A stretch of 64,000 bases of DNA from contig NC_134027.1 in NCBI RefSeq assembly GCF_964204645.1, positions 5,674,485 to 5,738,484 of the forward strand, read 5' to 3'. Positions 14,285 through 27,925 of the stretch are shown piece by piece. The position numbers and the translations under genes are program-made. Within the stretch, counting starts at the first letter, position 1. Every line of letters starts with the position of its first letter. The notes under the pieces were generated by a model. It was not told where the DNA came from, did not search any database, and worked only from the letters and a program-made list of their open reading frames with translations. Source of the stretch: Tubulanus polymorphus. Lineage: Eukaryota; Animalia; Nemertea.

Positions 14285-15185
14285 GGCCCAAAAAAAAGAT
14301 GTCTTGTTTCTCATGATTTTGAAATCCCGCCCGCATCGGAAAAATCATCGGCATAGCGATAAAAATAAAGTCCGCCCTCCCGCATCATAGCTCGAAAATA
14401 AATTTGTTTTTTATAGAAATTAAAATCCGCCCGCCCGCATTGATATAATACGCATATCGTCATCTTTTTATCATTTTATTTCTCTATGAACGTATCGAGA
14501 AAAATGGATCGTATAAATATCATCGGCACCACAATGGTGACTCGAACCCATATCAACGGAGTCGGTTACCGTAGGCCTAAATGTCAAATGCCAAGGTCGC
14601 TGTGGAGCTTGATTTCTGGCGTGATTCTTATTTCGAAGCGATTTCTCTTGGTAAAATGTGGTGCTAATAGCGTCCAAGATGTTGCTATCTGTTCAAATAG
14701 TATTCCAAAAGGAGCCAATACTACGTTGGCCAATTCTACAAGTATCTCCAGAGTCAACAGTGATGGAACTTTTCGAAAATGCGTTGGCCGGTTCTTACTC
14801 AAACTTGACAGTTAGTGAAGAAATGCGTGACGTTCACGAGAAGTATATAGAGTGTCCAGATTTACTGAAAGCCGATATTTCTAGGACCGTAGAAGGTGTT
14901 GCAATGGATTTTCAGGATTCACCAATCATTTTCAGGATTAAGCAGTGATTTTCCAGTTAAATAAAAATAAAAAACTACCTCCCGCATCTGAAGAAAATAT
15001 GTCAGAGGGATATTTTTATTGATATAATAAAAATAAAAAGACACCTCCCGCATCTCCAAAAAAATTCAAACAGTTCTTTTTATTTCTACTTTTTTTTTTT
15101 AAAGTACATAAAAATAAAAACCGCCCGCCCTCGTCATGGTAAAAAACAAAAGTGTGATGAGAAACAAGGCATCTTTTTTTTGGCC
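14285..15185. mobile_element. ~900-bp non-autonomous DNA transposon, PIF/Harbinger-like
   Basis: ~29-bp TIRs GGCC(C)AAAAAAAAGATG[T/C]CTTGTTTCTCAT; perfect TTA TSD (14282-14284 and 15186-15188); six subterminal CC(G/T)CCCGCATC-type motifs, mostly preceded by A-rich tracts. Confidence 0.85.
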
Positions 15186-16251
15186 TTATCATCTGGCATA
15201 GTTGTTGGTGTCACCTCACCTTTCGCATGACCCTAATTAGTGTCATCGGTAGCAATCGAGAATGGCACGATGACGACGACTAATCATCATTTGAATGTCT
15301 TGTTCAGACATTTGTCTCTGTTAGTTACGGAAAAAACTACACGATATCAACACTAGTTTAACGCATTGGAAAAAGCTGAACCTGTCAATAAAAAATTGTG
15401 ATAATTATCCGTCGAATGCAACAATATCCGGGTGAGATGACCCCCTGATGAACCTTAAATGGGCATGTCATTGCCAGGCTAATTGTTCAACACGTCCGGT
15501 ATCCATGCTGCATGAATGAATGTTAAGTTTCAATGTAATTAACCGAAAATGATTTGGTTCTTTGAGTAATTCTTTTACATGTCACATCCAGTGATTGCCC
15601 GAGAAATGCGATATAGTACCGCATCCCCTAGACATATTAACCCTTCCCAACTCATATCCCATTTCCAAATTTATATCGTTTTTGGAGAATGTTTTTTTTA
15701 AGTATATATTCATTTTGGTTTTGTTTTCCTACGTTTACGTTTTACTATACAAGTAAACCTATCATTACCTACCAATATAGTCGAGATCCTATGGGTTGAA
15801 TTAGTGTTTTCTATCATATGGTTATAGCATGCTATTGCATCAGCGAGCCTATTTGACAGCTTTCGTATGAAAGCATTTGTAATTCATTTTCAAAATACAG
15901 ATACACCAGGGACACCAGAATCATGTTCTTATTATTTTCTAACACGAGTAGTATGATAGAAACGACAACATTCGGGGGATATCAATTATGTTCTGTGTTC
16001 TTGGATTAAAATCTGTGTTTTCCTCACAAATTTGGAATACTTTGAGGAATTATTGTGTTTGTTGCTGCGGATGATAACAACGACGTGGACGTCAATGTAA
16101 TGGATATGGATAATTTCTAAAAGTTAATCGAATATGGATTTGTTGCCGGCAATGTGTTCAAATAAAATATACTGCTGATTTGGTAAAGCGTGGGGAAAAA
16201 GAGCAGGAGTCCAGGATCAGTCAATGGAGTAGTGTAATAACTGTATGCCTG

Positions 16252-16504
16252 CAGGGGCGGATCCAGAAATTTGAGCAGAGAGGGGGGTCAATCTCAGTGT
16301 TTCCCAGACATCATTTTCTATATTTCAATGAAAAATGCATTCATAAAGATTTATGCATTACATACATTAATTTCTCCCAGACGCCAAAAAGCAATCGATA
16401 AATATTTGAACTGTGGTTAGTTTCGTCATTAATGATTGATATCATTATCCGAAGAGTGGGGGTCGAGACCCCCTAACCCCCTCCCCCTCTTGGATCTGCC
16501 CCTG
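16252..16504. mobile_element. MITE with CAGGGGCGGATCCA termini
   Basis: CAGGGGCGGATCCA ... TGGATCTGCCCCTG (13/14 inverted match), G/C-run subtermini, and an imperfect 5-bp flanking repeat GCCTG/ACCTG. Confidence 0.8.
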
Positions 16505-17472
16505 ACCTGTCCATAAAACTGGGTATTGTAAGGTTCTAACCCGATGGCATCTTGTTTACCCGTCAGTACCATAGCAATAGACTTTGAATTTCTCGTCATT
16601 TGATTATCGTGCACAATAAAAGCTTTGATGATAATACATCACATGAAAGGTTTTATATTACAATTGAAAGTTTGCTTTTGATTTTATTTTAGAATTGATC
16701 ATTTTAAGGTATAACCTTCCGATTTGACCTTGACCTTGTGCCAAATATATCCACAGACCGTACTTGATAACAACTTCAAAACATACGCTATTCAAGTGCA
16801 AACTGGTGTGATTTCAAATACGTCATTACAGCTGATATAAATTTACAAATATTTTCTCGGGTGTTATCGATTTTCATTTAATGCGGATAACTTTCATAAT
16901 CGATTATCTCTGCTGGTGGTTTCGCTTTTCAAGTCAACAGACGTTGTTTACAGGATTCGAGACATAAAAAATTGTCACTGAAATACAAACACGCACCTAC
17001 GCACACCTCTCTCATTTCATACATCCATCCATGATCAGGAATTCTGAGATATACTTCGACGATTTGTGTCAGTAGTTCAGATCCAATTTTGCACTTTACG
17101 AACGATACCGGTACGGATATATATTTTGTCATTCCGACTTGTGGGTCACAATATTGTCAGCGACATCTGATAAGAAAAAATATTGTATATATTTGGTCTA
17201 AGTCGTGAATGAACGAAATGAAAAACAGTTCTTCTAAAAACCAGTGTTTTAATGCTGAACCACCGTGGATGATTCGCTACACGTGTGATCCGGGTGACCA
17301 GCTGTAACAAACACGCGAAATAGATGTTCACACGTGTAACATACGTTCGTGTAAAGACGATTTGATACATGTTTTCAATGAATAACCATTCATCTTAAAT
17401 ATCGGGAATTGGTTAGTTACGTTTTTGGCCAGAATATGGGATGAGTCCTTGATATTTTACCTAAACGACCAG

Positions 17473-17580
17473 GGCCCAGTCACACAAACGAATTCAACTC
17501 CAAAATGGATGAAAAAAAAATTGAAAAAAGAAATCAAGTCGATTTACGTAAGACATAAACTGTTTTTGTGAAACTGAGCC
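17473..17580. mobile_element. 108-bp MITE, PIF/Harbinger-like with CAG target
   Basis: GGCCCAGTCACACAAA ... TTTGTGAAACTGAGCC inverted termini with a CAG direct repeat at 17470-17472 and 17581-17583. Confidence 0.7.
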
Positions 17581-18643
17581 CAGGCATTTTGTTGAACCAT
17601 TGTATAGTAGGCCTACTACCTATTGTTTGCTATATGACGCTTATCATTCACTCAATACTTTATTTGGCTAGAAACTTTGAGCGGCAATTCAAAGCAGGTG
17701 GATTAATACGTTATAGGTATCGAATTCTGTACATGAGTCCATAAACGGTTCTACGCATAATGATTAATGATTTCTGGGGTGGGTGTGGATTTATGCACTA
17801 ACTATAAGACACCTCTGCTGTAACAGATGTCGGTCTAGTCCTACGATCCTGGATTAGGATTTTGCATTCACAAACAAATGAAATATGTGTATATTTTATA
17901 TATTCCCAGGCATAATCAAACAACGCATGTATAAATCTCGCTAAATAGCTCACTGATAGCTCAGTGAACCAATATAAGAAATTAGGATGCCTTTTTATTA
18001 AAATATCTAAACGAAGAAAGTTCGGGCTTTCGAACCGTAGTTACCGTTAGAAAATAAATCATCTCTGTATAATGTTTAACTTATAACACATCCTTTTTCC
18101 ATACTCTTATTCTGCAGTCGTCAGTATTCTGCCATCTGAAAAACTATTGTGAACTAATGTTTCCCATCAGACCAGTTTGTATGTGATGAGTAATAAATAT
18201 ATACTATACTATCCTATGCTAAACATAGACAATCTCGTTTACAATCATGTTTGCGTTAGATAGAATCATATTTATTTGATTGTCGTATCAGAGTTATTCG
18301 TTATATCAGTGTTTTCGGCGACCGAGGTCACGTCACTTTCACTGTGCACGCGGGCTGACAAACGCCTTCAAGTGAAATACCGCGAAACATTCATTTTTTT
18401 CACACAGCGACAATGATCAACTTGTCTTTCACAAAACGTGCTCCGGTGACCGGGTGAACTGAAGAAAGTGGTCATTGGGTCGCCTTTTGGGATCTACTTT
18501 CTTTTCAATGTTCATTTTTAATGTTTGGGTGCTATGGGAGGTTATGAGTTCGTTTCTATGACCTCTGTCTTGTCGCCGTAGGTTTTTCACAGAAGTTGCA
18601 ATTAGTTGCCGCCCGGGCATGGAACTACGCGGTCACATGTTAC

Positions 18644-18941
<298 letters not shown>

Positions 18942-19578
18942 GGACACGTTTTTGCAAATTCAAAATTCTCGTAAGTCAAGGTCTTTTTCTGGAAAACCCT
19001 TGAAAGAAGAGACTTGGTGTTCATTGCTTTTTCACTTCAGTTCATCACAGACGAAAGATCACGTGACCACAACAAAACATGACGAGCCACGTATACAACA
19101 GTATGTTTTATGGTTGAACTATGTACAAAGTTCACGGGTTATCAAGGTGACGCTCGGATGATGAATAGGTTAGAATTGATATAATCCGATCTTGCGAATT
19201 TAGGTTCAATCTGTACTTTTGTCGTTTTAAAACGCGTTGGGCGTGAATTGAATATTTGCGGAAACAAAACGATGTGACGTCCGTATACAGATCGATATTT
19301 GAACGTCTTGAAGGTTATACGATGACTCGATAAAGTGGTCACCGGAGACAAATAGATCCACAGATCAAAATTGTATGTCCATGATTTTGAAGGTTACTTT
19401 GTAAAAGTCGGATGTCTCATGCTAGAACTTGCACTTATGTATATTCATACATAGTTCAGTATGATAGTCGAGATAATTGATTTCAATTCATTTTTATGAA
19501 AAAATAGCACGCATTCGAATGGATGACGCATTTTTTTACGATATGTCAATCTGTTTTTAGCGGAAACCTGATATTTGA

Positions 19579-19609
19579 ACTCTCTCTCTCTCTCTCTTTC
19601 TCTTTCTCT
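19579..19609. repeat. (CT)n microsatellite, imperfect
   Basis: CTCTCTCTCTCTCTCTCTTTCTCTTTCTCT. Confidence 0.8.
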
Positions 19610-20304
19610 ATCATTGTCATAGAAAATTCAATTCACTTTTGAGAAAGCTATATTCGTTCACAGACTAAACTAGTGCGTAGATACCTCCGCTGACAATTCC
19701 CAAGAAACGGTGACTTTGTCCTAGAATGATCGACTATCTTATCTGTAACGATGCAAATTTTACCAAAAACTGAGGTATAGATAAAAATAGGACAGCCAGA
19801 AAAAATGTTATCACATGTTGTTTGCTCACTTACTACAACTCAATTAACCGGTACTTATTATATATTTGTCTCTCAAATTCTTTCTGTAAATGTTTATGAC
19901 GTGAAAGCGTAATACGTATTTTGCATTTGAAGTCTGTCCCTCTATAACAAAAAAGACGATGAGTTATTATCACTTTACGGCGAAATATAATTCAGGATAA
20001 AACATCTTCCACAACTACTATTCATTTTCCAGAATGTTTCGTATAATCCGGAAAACAGTTGAAACTGTTCTATCGGACGTGAACCAGACATTTCGTGCAA
20101 AAACGAATAATCCACATATTTGGTAAACATCGACTTTGTGACTGCCGCGTGGGTAATTAATTATCTAGTATTTATCAATAAAATGGTATACATCGATGTT
20201 CAGTGTTTTTGAATGACACGTTGATTTCGAGTGCATACGAATAAAATATGAACTAAATGGTACGACACTTTCGACATGGTAATTCGGTGCGTTTCTGGCT
20301 AATC

Positions 20305-20700
20305 GTGAATATTATTTTTGACGCCGTAAAAACCGTTTTAATAATGTTTACATATGTTTATGCGTTATTCAAGGGTTTCTGTACTACATAATCGATCTTG
20401 GCGTTTCAAAATGAAATTTACAATATTTTGGTGTTTATTTTGTAATTAAATGTATTTCTTGACTCTTATTTCATATTTGATGAATTTTGATACTTATTTA
20501 TGAGAGGATATGCCACTACGCCATCAATATATCGGACTAGACGAGTCACCGGCGATATATTCAAGTTAATTATCTACATATTCAAATTCAAAGTAACTTT
20601 ATCGATTATTGTTACTATATTTCATTTATATCATATCATTTATTGTCGGCAGTATTAAACAGTGTTTTATTTTTCGAGACGTCAATAAACTTTCAAGTTC
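20305..20700 (+). repeat. Diverged repeat, copy A; inverted partner at 29253-29670
   Basis: Perfect reverse-complement anchors of 23 nt (20315-20337 vs 29637-29659) and 20 nt (20680-20699 vs 29253-29272), with colinear similarity between them. Confidence 0.85.
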
Positions 20701-23700
20701 TATTTCAAATGGGTGCCTCTGAAGTATTAGCTAAAATATTGGCATGTAGATGCACTGGGAACAGAATTCTACATTTGTTGATTGTATTTTATCAAATACG
20801 TCCTACAAACCCAAATGTCAATTCACTCTTAGTGAATTCAGCCGTTATTAACATATTATATCTTACATACGTAGTTATGTATTTTTTATATGACCTCCAT
20901 TCCCGAAATGCTGCTTTGCTTTTTAGATATGACTGATTAACAATTGCCCTGTATTGAGAATGATCGGATTATGGTGCACACACAATGTACCGACTAAACC
21001 GAAAGAGAATCACGAGCAGTTTCACTTCGGGGAATTACAATATAATGTGAACCATCATTGGTGACATTCTGTTTTTACTATCGTCGATTTAGCATCTGGC
21101 AATAAAAGTCACTTTCACTAGTTATTTGTTCATCAACTATATTCCTGTTATTCATATAAAATGTGTCGATAAAATTATTTATTCGCAGTGCCTAATGTTA
21201 GGCTCCAGGGCCCTGTTTTGTTCTAGGTTAAAATGAGGATTGTCTCTCTTATCTGTTTGATTGGTAGATTGATTTTGAATCGGAAATTGAAGTATAGTTG
21301 GGTGATCAGTCGAATTTATATAGTTTCTTTTAAACCAAAGAACAAATTTTGTTGCGGTTCATCCAAACAATCTTCCAACCAGTATGAACCGGAAAGCGAC
21401 TGATTGGAGATAGTTTTGTGGGCTGGCTTATCTAATACATCGAGATTTTCAAATAACTAAAAGGGTTGAAGATCATATTGTCCATTTTTATAGTGTCAAT
21501 CTTTTCCCACGTGTAAAAATAGTCCGAAGGGGGTAGGGTTTTAACTTGCATATCCTCGGTTCATCTTTCATTTTATATACCTTCATAACCATATTGGTTC
21601 GTGACCATCTCATTTTAGGTTGATAGTCATACGGCAACCGATAGCTTAATCGAGAATACGTGAATACGTTTTCTTTCATTCGAATGAAAATAAGAAATAC
21701 CTAAAAACCTAGATAAAGTTGGCCGTTCAATCACAGCAGGGCTCGAAAGCTCGATATTTTCCCATGCGTGGTTGATGTCGTGATTCACTTCGTATATGAC
21801 ACCCGTGTTTTTCTTGCCATTTGCGGTTTCATTTTGTGTCAATTGGACGCTTTTTCAGCATTAAGTTTAGTAGTAAAACCGGTCGATTTTTGTCTCATGT
21901 ATTTTTTTTCTGTTGACTGCTGGCCGTATTTTGTGACATTATTTCTAAACACATGTCATTTATTCAAGTCACCAGTGACCTTGGTGGCAGTGGCAATATC
22001 ATAAACGCATGTTTCATTACGATAAAACAGCAAAAAGACGTGTTAACTATATTTAATCACTGTATCTTTTTTCGGATTTAAGAATACAGACTTTTACATC
22101 GAGAAACAGTATATTTTTTTAAATCCTTAACACAAATCATGATATATGAAACACGAAGATGACAATATGAAGGATATCAATCATATTTTCCGTCAATGAA
22201 TACCATATATTTTGCAAAAAAAAGTTCTGGTGAGGCCAAAAGTTCGCAAGCAACATAAAGAACTCTCTAAGCAAGCAAATATTACTAAGTTATGAACAAT
22301 ACATACACGCACTATGTTAACTAATGGAGGATCTAAGTACCCCTAAGGCTTTTTGGTTCATTCAGCAAACTGGTTAGGCCACCGATCGGCGGTTTCTAGT
22401 GATGTTTGTTTACTTATGCTAATTATAAGCTGACGTAGTTTTAATATGTGAGTGGGTTACTTGTGCCGGTTTTGTTGTTGTGGGGTGTCTCATAGCTACG
22501 ACCGCGTTCTATCGTATGGGAACATTCCGATCTCGTTAGAATCAAATATCTCCGCTATTCAACATTCCACTATAACGGTATTCATATCACAATGCGGCTT
22601 GTATTTTCTATTGGTTTTTATTCAATTATCAAACAGTGAAATTTCGTCGAACTGATAGTCGCCGGTATTGAAATTTCGGATCTTTTCATATTTGATCTGA
22701 TTCATTAGGTATTTTCCCAGCAAAGTTTGCCGACTGAAATGCGTCAAACGAAATTTCAATGCCCAAAATGCACCAATCTAACCTTCGTGCTTGTGTTTAT
22801 CAATCAAATATGTGTGTAATCTATATAACCAAAATCAGCGAGATGCAATTCATTTCCGACATTTTTATCGCTCGATCGCTGTTGGGTTCAAATTCAAAAT
22901 TTCAATCTTTTTCATTCATTCTTTCAACCCTATAAATAAATCTTTGTCTCATTTGAAATTCGCAAAATTGACCAAAATAATCTCCTTCTTGATTATTTTC
23001 ACCAGGAAACGCCAATATATGAACTTTCTGATTGAGTATCTCAAAACTTTGCCTAAGAAAATCTGAATTCGACATACATTTATACATAAGAGAAAACACA
23101 AAAATCGAACGTCTTTTCATCTCGGAGTATGTCGTTAGACAAATGACATGAATTATCATTTGTAGTACATTATATACATTCAAATAATGTTAGATTTTTA
23201 TCACCAGCCCCTGGAACAGCGCCCGACATCTGACTTCTAGAATTGAATTTAAATCAAATGACGGCCCCGTGGATTCGGTTATATAGCGCATTGAGTCTAG
23301 ACACACGATGATAATATAGGGCGAATTTTAATGATAGATGGCTTTTTGTGCAATATAAATGAAGCGCAGGCGGGTCATACACAAAAAAGCAGCTGGTTTT
23401 GCATTAGATACAGAGAATTGTATAATTTCGGTCGTCATTACTAGTTTATACATCACGGATCCCAGAAAGTAATTTTCCTGAAACCGGCCAGTCAAGACAC
23501 GGAAATGTGCTTCGATATCAGATTTGTCGTTGTATTATTTGTTTTTTCTTCTTCTTGCATTTTTTAACAGAACATTCACTGCAGGTTGGTTAATTCTGAA
23601 TGACATTTTCTGACGTATCTGTTAGATAAATATGAGTGTCGCGAATGTCAATTGTCGTATTTCCATTTGCCTGCGCAGTATTGACGGGTCATGTTTTTCA

Positions 23701-24739
23701 TTTGATTCCCACGCAAAACACAACCGATAGTAGAAATTGAATATCTCGTTGCCGTTACACACAGCAACTGCTGCCGTCTACCGGTGACATTTTACCACCG
23801 TCTGGACATGTGTGTGTTGAGGCACTGTGGGAACTGTGTCAAACACGAATAAGTGGGGGACGTGGTGTTCTGTACAGTGGCGCCGTCTACCACCTGTTGG
23901 CATTGGTGACAACAGACGAAGGGAAACCTTCAAGCTGTTTAAATATATAAATTTCATGAATGAATGTGTGGAGATAACAATATAATATTAGTATATGTCG
24001 ATATCTAAAATGAAAAAATCGCGATAACTGATCAGGTGATATGGAGTCTGGTAAATTATACTGTATCGGTGACGCCTTCAAACAAATACCCAGCAATAAA
24101 TTCAGCGGCGCGAAATCTAGTAACGGAATCTACGACAGCAGGCTCATGGAAAAAAGCAAACTTCGGCCCTCACGAGAACATTTTAGCATTCTAGTGCTTC
24201 CATAAGCACTGAACCACTGAAGACTTTTGACAGTTCTATTGTAAGCGAACGGTCTTCTCGTAGTTTTTTGCCGTCTGAGTCGGTGACAGCCAAGAAGACA
24301 ACTAGGCCTATACTAATTAGTTATGTATTTCTAATGTATGTGCTGGGCATGGGTTAAAAAGTTCTTCGTCGTCAAAGAACGCCTACGCGAATTTGCAGAG
24401 GACTACTAGTATTGTGTATTGCTTGCAGCTGTCACACGCCGAGCACTGTAATGTTACCGCGCCTTGTTCGATATCGCCACCGACGGATATGTTCCCTAGC
24501 CAATATAAAAATGTCATTAATCAATGAATCAAAACTCTCTGCCAGCTGCTGGTAGGGGTATTCTGGCGCGAGACATTAGGCAAAACAAAATTGTTGCCAA
24601 CCAAAGGGGGATGCCTGATGAGTATACCTCACATCTTCACGCACTTTATATCCCCCTCCCCACTAGAAACACTACTTGATATTTTCATTCAATTCATTTT
24701 CGAATATGATTTTTACCACTCTAGCCGCCCGATGATGAT

Positions 24740-25548
24740 TTTCTTCGAATATTGTCATTTTACATTTTTCGATGAACCTGGTTTGTTTTTCCATGGTCGA
24801 CGAATCCATTGATGTTTTACGACATTATACGTAGTAATTATCTTCTAGTTTGGGTATTCTCAACGCATAAAAACCTGATCAAAAGAAATTGCATGATGTA
24901 TAAAAATGTTACCGAATTTCCCACGGTGAACGATTGCTCGGAATGTTCCACCGTTTCGCCTGTTCCAGACAATTGGAAATTTTTTGGCGCTGATTCAACG
25001 CTTGGTTTGTTTAGTAAACAAACCCCTCGCAGCGCGAATAAATATCGTGGGTGTAAGATCGGTATACGCTTGCGCGTACATAGAGGCGTTTCCTGTATAA
25101 TGCGCGGGAAATGTTCTTCCCGCCAATACGGCTCGCTTCATTGAGAGATTACAACTCATCTGTTTGTCGGAAAACACCACGGTCGCCCGTGGTTACAACG
25201 GCCGTAGTTGCTGTTGACAAAATAATGAAATATTCAGTGGTCGAGAAGACTGTGGGAACGTGATCTTGCGTTCAGAGCCAAGAAGAATTGTTCTGTCAAA
25301 AATACTTCGCTTCTCGATTCACTGTGCATTTCGATAGCGCTAATTCTCCTTTGATTCTCTAGCGTAATGGACCCATGTTCTAATACGTTTCGCCGGTAAA
25401 TGGGCATGTAAACGTGTATCGCGGTATTTTGATCGTGGAAATCCGCGAGTTCGCGCTTTCCCAGATCGCAATTTGTTTCGTATATTTTATGAGAAAAACC
25501 ATTTCTAATCTCACACTGTAAGAAAAAGTTGTAGGTTACGTCTCGCAC
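24740..25548 (-). pseudogene. Degraded Helitron RepHel fragment (N-terminal/Rep region)
   Basis: Colinear motifs across frameshifts: NVLEHG...HSESRSEVFL..Q; FPAHYTGNASMYAQAYTDL (cf. LPSSFTGSPRYM.Q.YQDA); GKFGNI; C(V)E.IPKLEDN (cf. ICAEIPD); YNVVKHQWIRRPWKNKPGS...YSKK (cf. LY.IV...MIHGPC..NP.SPC....CSK). Recognised by eye. Confidence 0.55.
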
Positions 25549-27739
25549 TCATCATTATACAGTTTAGGTGGAATCTCTGTGGGCGGATTGTTTGAATCTA
25601 TTTTTTGCTCGTCGGGGAAATATGATGTTGGAACACGTACAGGAATGTCATCCCAATTCATCTGTCATTGAATCTCGTCTACTGTTACGTTGTCGGTGTC
25701 GGTGTCGGTGACGTCATTGCTACGCGTGATATTGTTCGCAGTAGGAATAGAATAAGGATGTTTACATCGAATAGATCTTCACTTCGAACGATGACGCATT
25801 AATTGGGATCAGATTTTGAGGGTTTTTTCTTGGTCGAAATCTTGGCTGTCAGAAGTGCCTTCTCTATATTCATTTGTTGTTATCCTAGTCATATAAATTT
25901 TTCCTAATCAACTTTTAATTACTGAATGTTCCCCTTATTATAAATTCATGACTGGTCTGAGTTTGAATGTAGAATAGGTTAATTTTGAGTCAACTGATGT
26001 ATTGATAGATGACTCGGATGTTGACAGAGATTAAAGATTTTACTGCTGTGTAGAGCATCAATTATCCGCTAGATTAGTAATTATGACGTGTCACCGTTGT
26101 TTGAACCCGAGTTGATCGGTCATTTCAAAACTTGCAACCCAACACATGATTGTTTCCGTTCTACACCGTTCTGTTTCAAATCAGAATGAATCGTGCGATG
26201 AAACTCGACGGTTGCAACTATAATCCCGAGATTATTCAGTTACATCGTTTACATCTTTGAATTGGGAACTTTCTCACATCTGTCAAGTTAAGCAAGCAAC
26301 AGACCATTTACTCGAATAATTTGTTCTGAGATTTGCGGTTGTTTGCCTCTGTGTTTATTGTCACTTTGATATTTGGGAAGAAGTAGTGAAGCGGAAAGTC
26401 CTTGGGCCACGAATTCCACTGTTAAAACATTTACAAAAACCAAGTTGATACCCACATCAAACAGTCAAATAGCAAACAAGAAACCTTCATTAATTTACTA
26501 ACACATTATGTCGCAATGTTATTATAAGGATGTACACTGTGTTTCTAGTTTCTCGCACGATTCGCTTCACTGTAAGACGAGCTTTGAAAAATTAATTATG
26601 CCTGTGACATGAAGATATTTACGTATGCATGTATTCTATCGCCGCATCCTCGGTGTCCATCTGTCAATTTAATCTTGTTACAGTTTACAAATACGTATAA
26701 CGACAGTTCCGACAAGGACAATATGCGACATTGTCCTGAGCCATTTGAAATTGTCTGCACTATACGCAGAAAGCGAAAGTTCAGTCTATTATTGGCCGGC
26801 CGTTTTTTATTTCTTTTCTATATTAGATTTGGGAACCACCGTAGTTCGTTTGTCCGCCCACGCTATGACAGCAATACGACGCGACGGTGGAATTTGATGC
26901 AGACTTCGTATTTCCATAATTTCTGTTCCCAATTGAATAATGCATGAAGACTTCACAACGACAACATCTGCGTGTTGTTATGTCGCTATTTCGTTAGTAG
27001 GATTCCCGATATAGGATTGTTCTTTTCTGTCTGTCGATATATCTGTAATCAAAAATACATAATAGATAATTGACCATTAGTTATAATAGTACATCTGTCT
27101 GGTGAAAATCTGTGTCGATCTTTTATCTAGAAAAAAAGGATGTGTACTACGTCATACGTCCCAGATTTTAGCTGAATGTACTAAAATCTTCATTCATTCG
27201 GTACCGGTTTCTATTTTGAAACTTTTTCATTTGTCTGATCCTGTAAAGCAGTTTGCGATGTTTTGTGAATTAAAAGACCAAAGGTTTGCGTATGAAGCGT
27301 TTCGACGCACGTAAAACAGGCAAACATCTAAAGTGATCACCGGTAGTTATAGACAAGATCTGATTATAAATAGGGATATACATGTATTTCAACTCGATTT
27401 AAATCTTATATAAGGATTAATGGTTAACGATTTATATTCGAAATACTGATTCAGTAAATTATTCCAATAGAGATGGCAGTCATCCCCCAGTGTAAAGAGC
27501 ATTGGGACACGAATAATTTGTATGTTTCATGATTATCCAGTATTTGCAAGATATGGGTGTGCGTGGTTGATATTTTAGCGTAAATGACACGCACAATATT
27601 TAACCCAAGTGATTGTTAATAGTATATGATAGTTGTATTTACTACGGAGTGGTATTTCAGGAATTTACACTAATCATTCGCGCCATGACACGGTTGACTT
27701 AGATTAAAAATAACTCATAGCTTGACGGAATTTCGCTCG

Positions 27740-27925
27740 AAGTGTCGCATTCCGGTGTTTTAAAAGACATACCACGCTGTCGCTGTGGTGCTGCTGTACA
27801 CAGGTCAGCCGGTCTAGTGATTTCCAGACTAGTCTTGTCCAGACGAACACCGACCGAAATGAATAAAACCGAAGTCCGTGCCATTCCCCACACCTGTAGT
27901 TCACATCGTCTGGTCGGCTGGTTTT
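27740..27925 (-). pseudogene. Possible degraded THAP zinc-finger coding relic (transposon-derived)
   Basis: RRC/..YRCGEWHGLRFYSF....WTRLVWKSLDR......SDSVVCLLKH resembles the THAP pattern C-x-C...F..FP...W...R...VCS.HF. The conserved P and terminal F are missing. Confidence 0.35.

Noticed and set aside
24792-24810. CATGGTCGACGAATCCATT as another P-like footprint
   Set aside because: No flanking duplication, and it is better explained as part of the Helitron coding relic.
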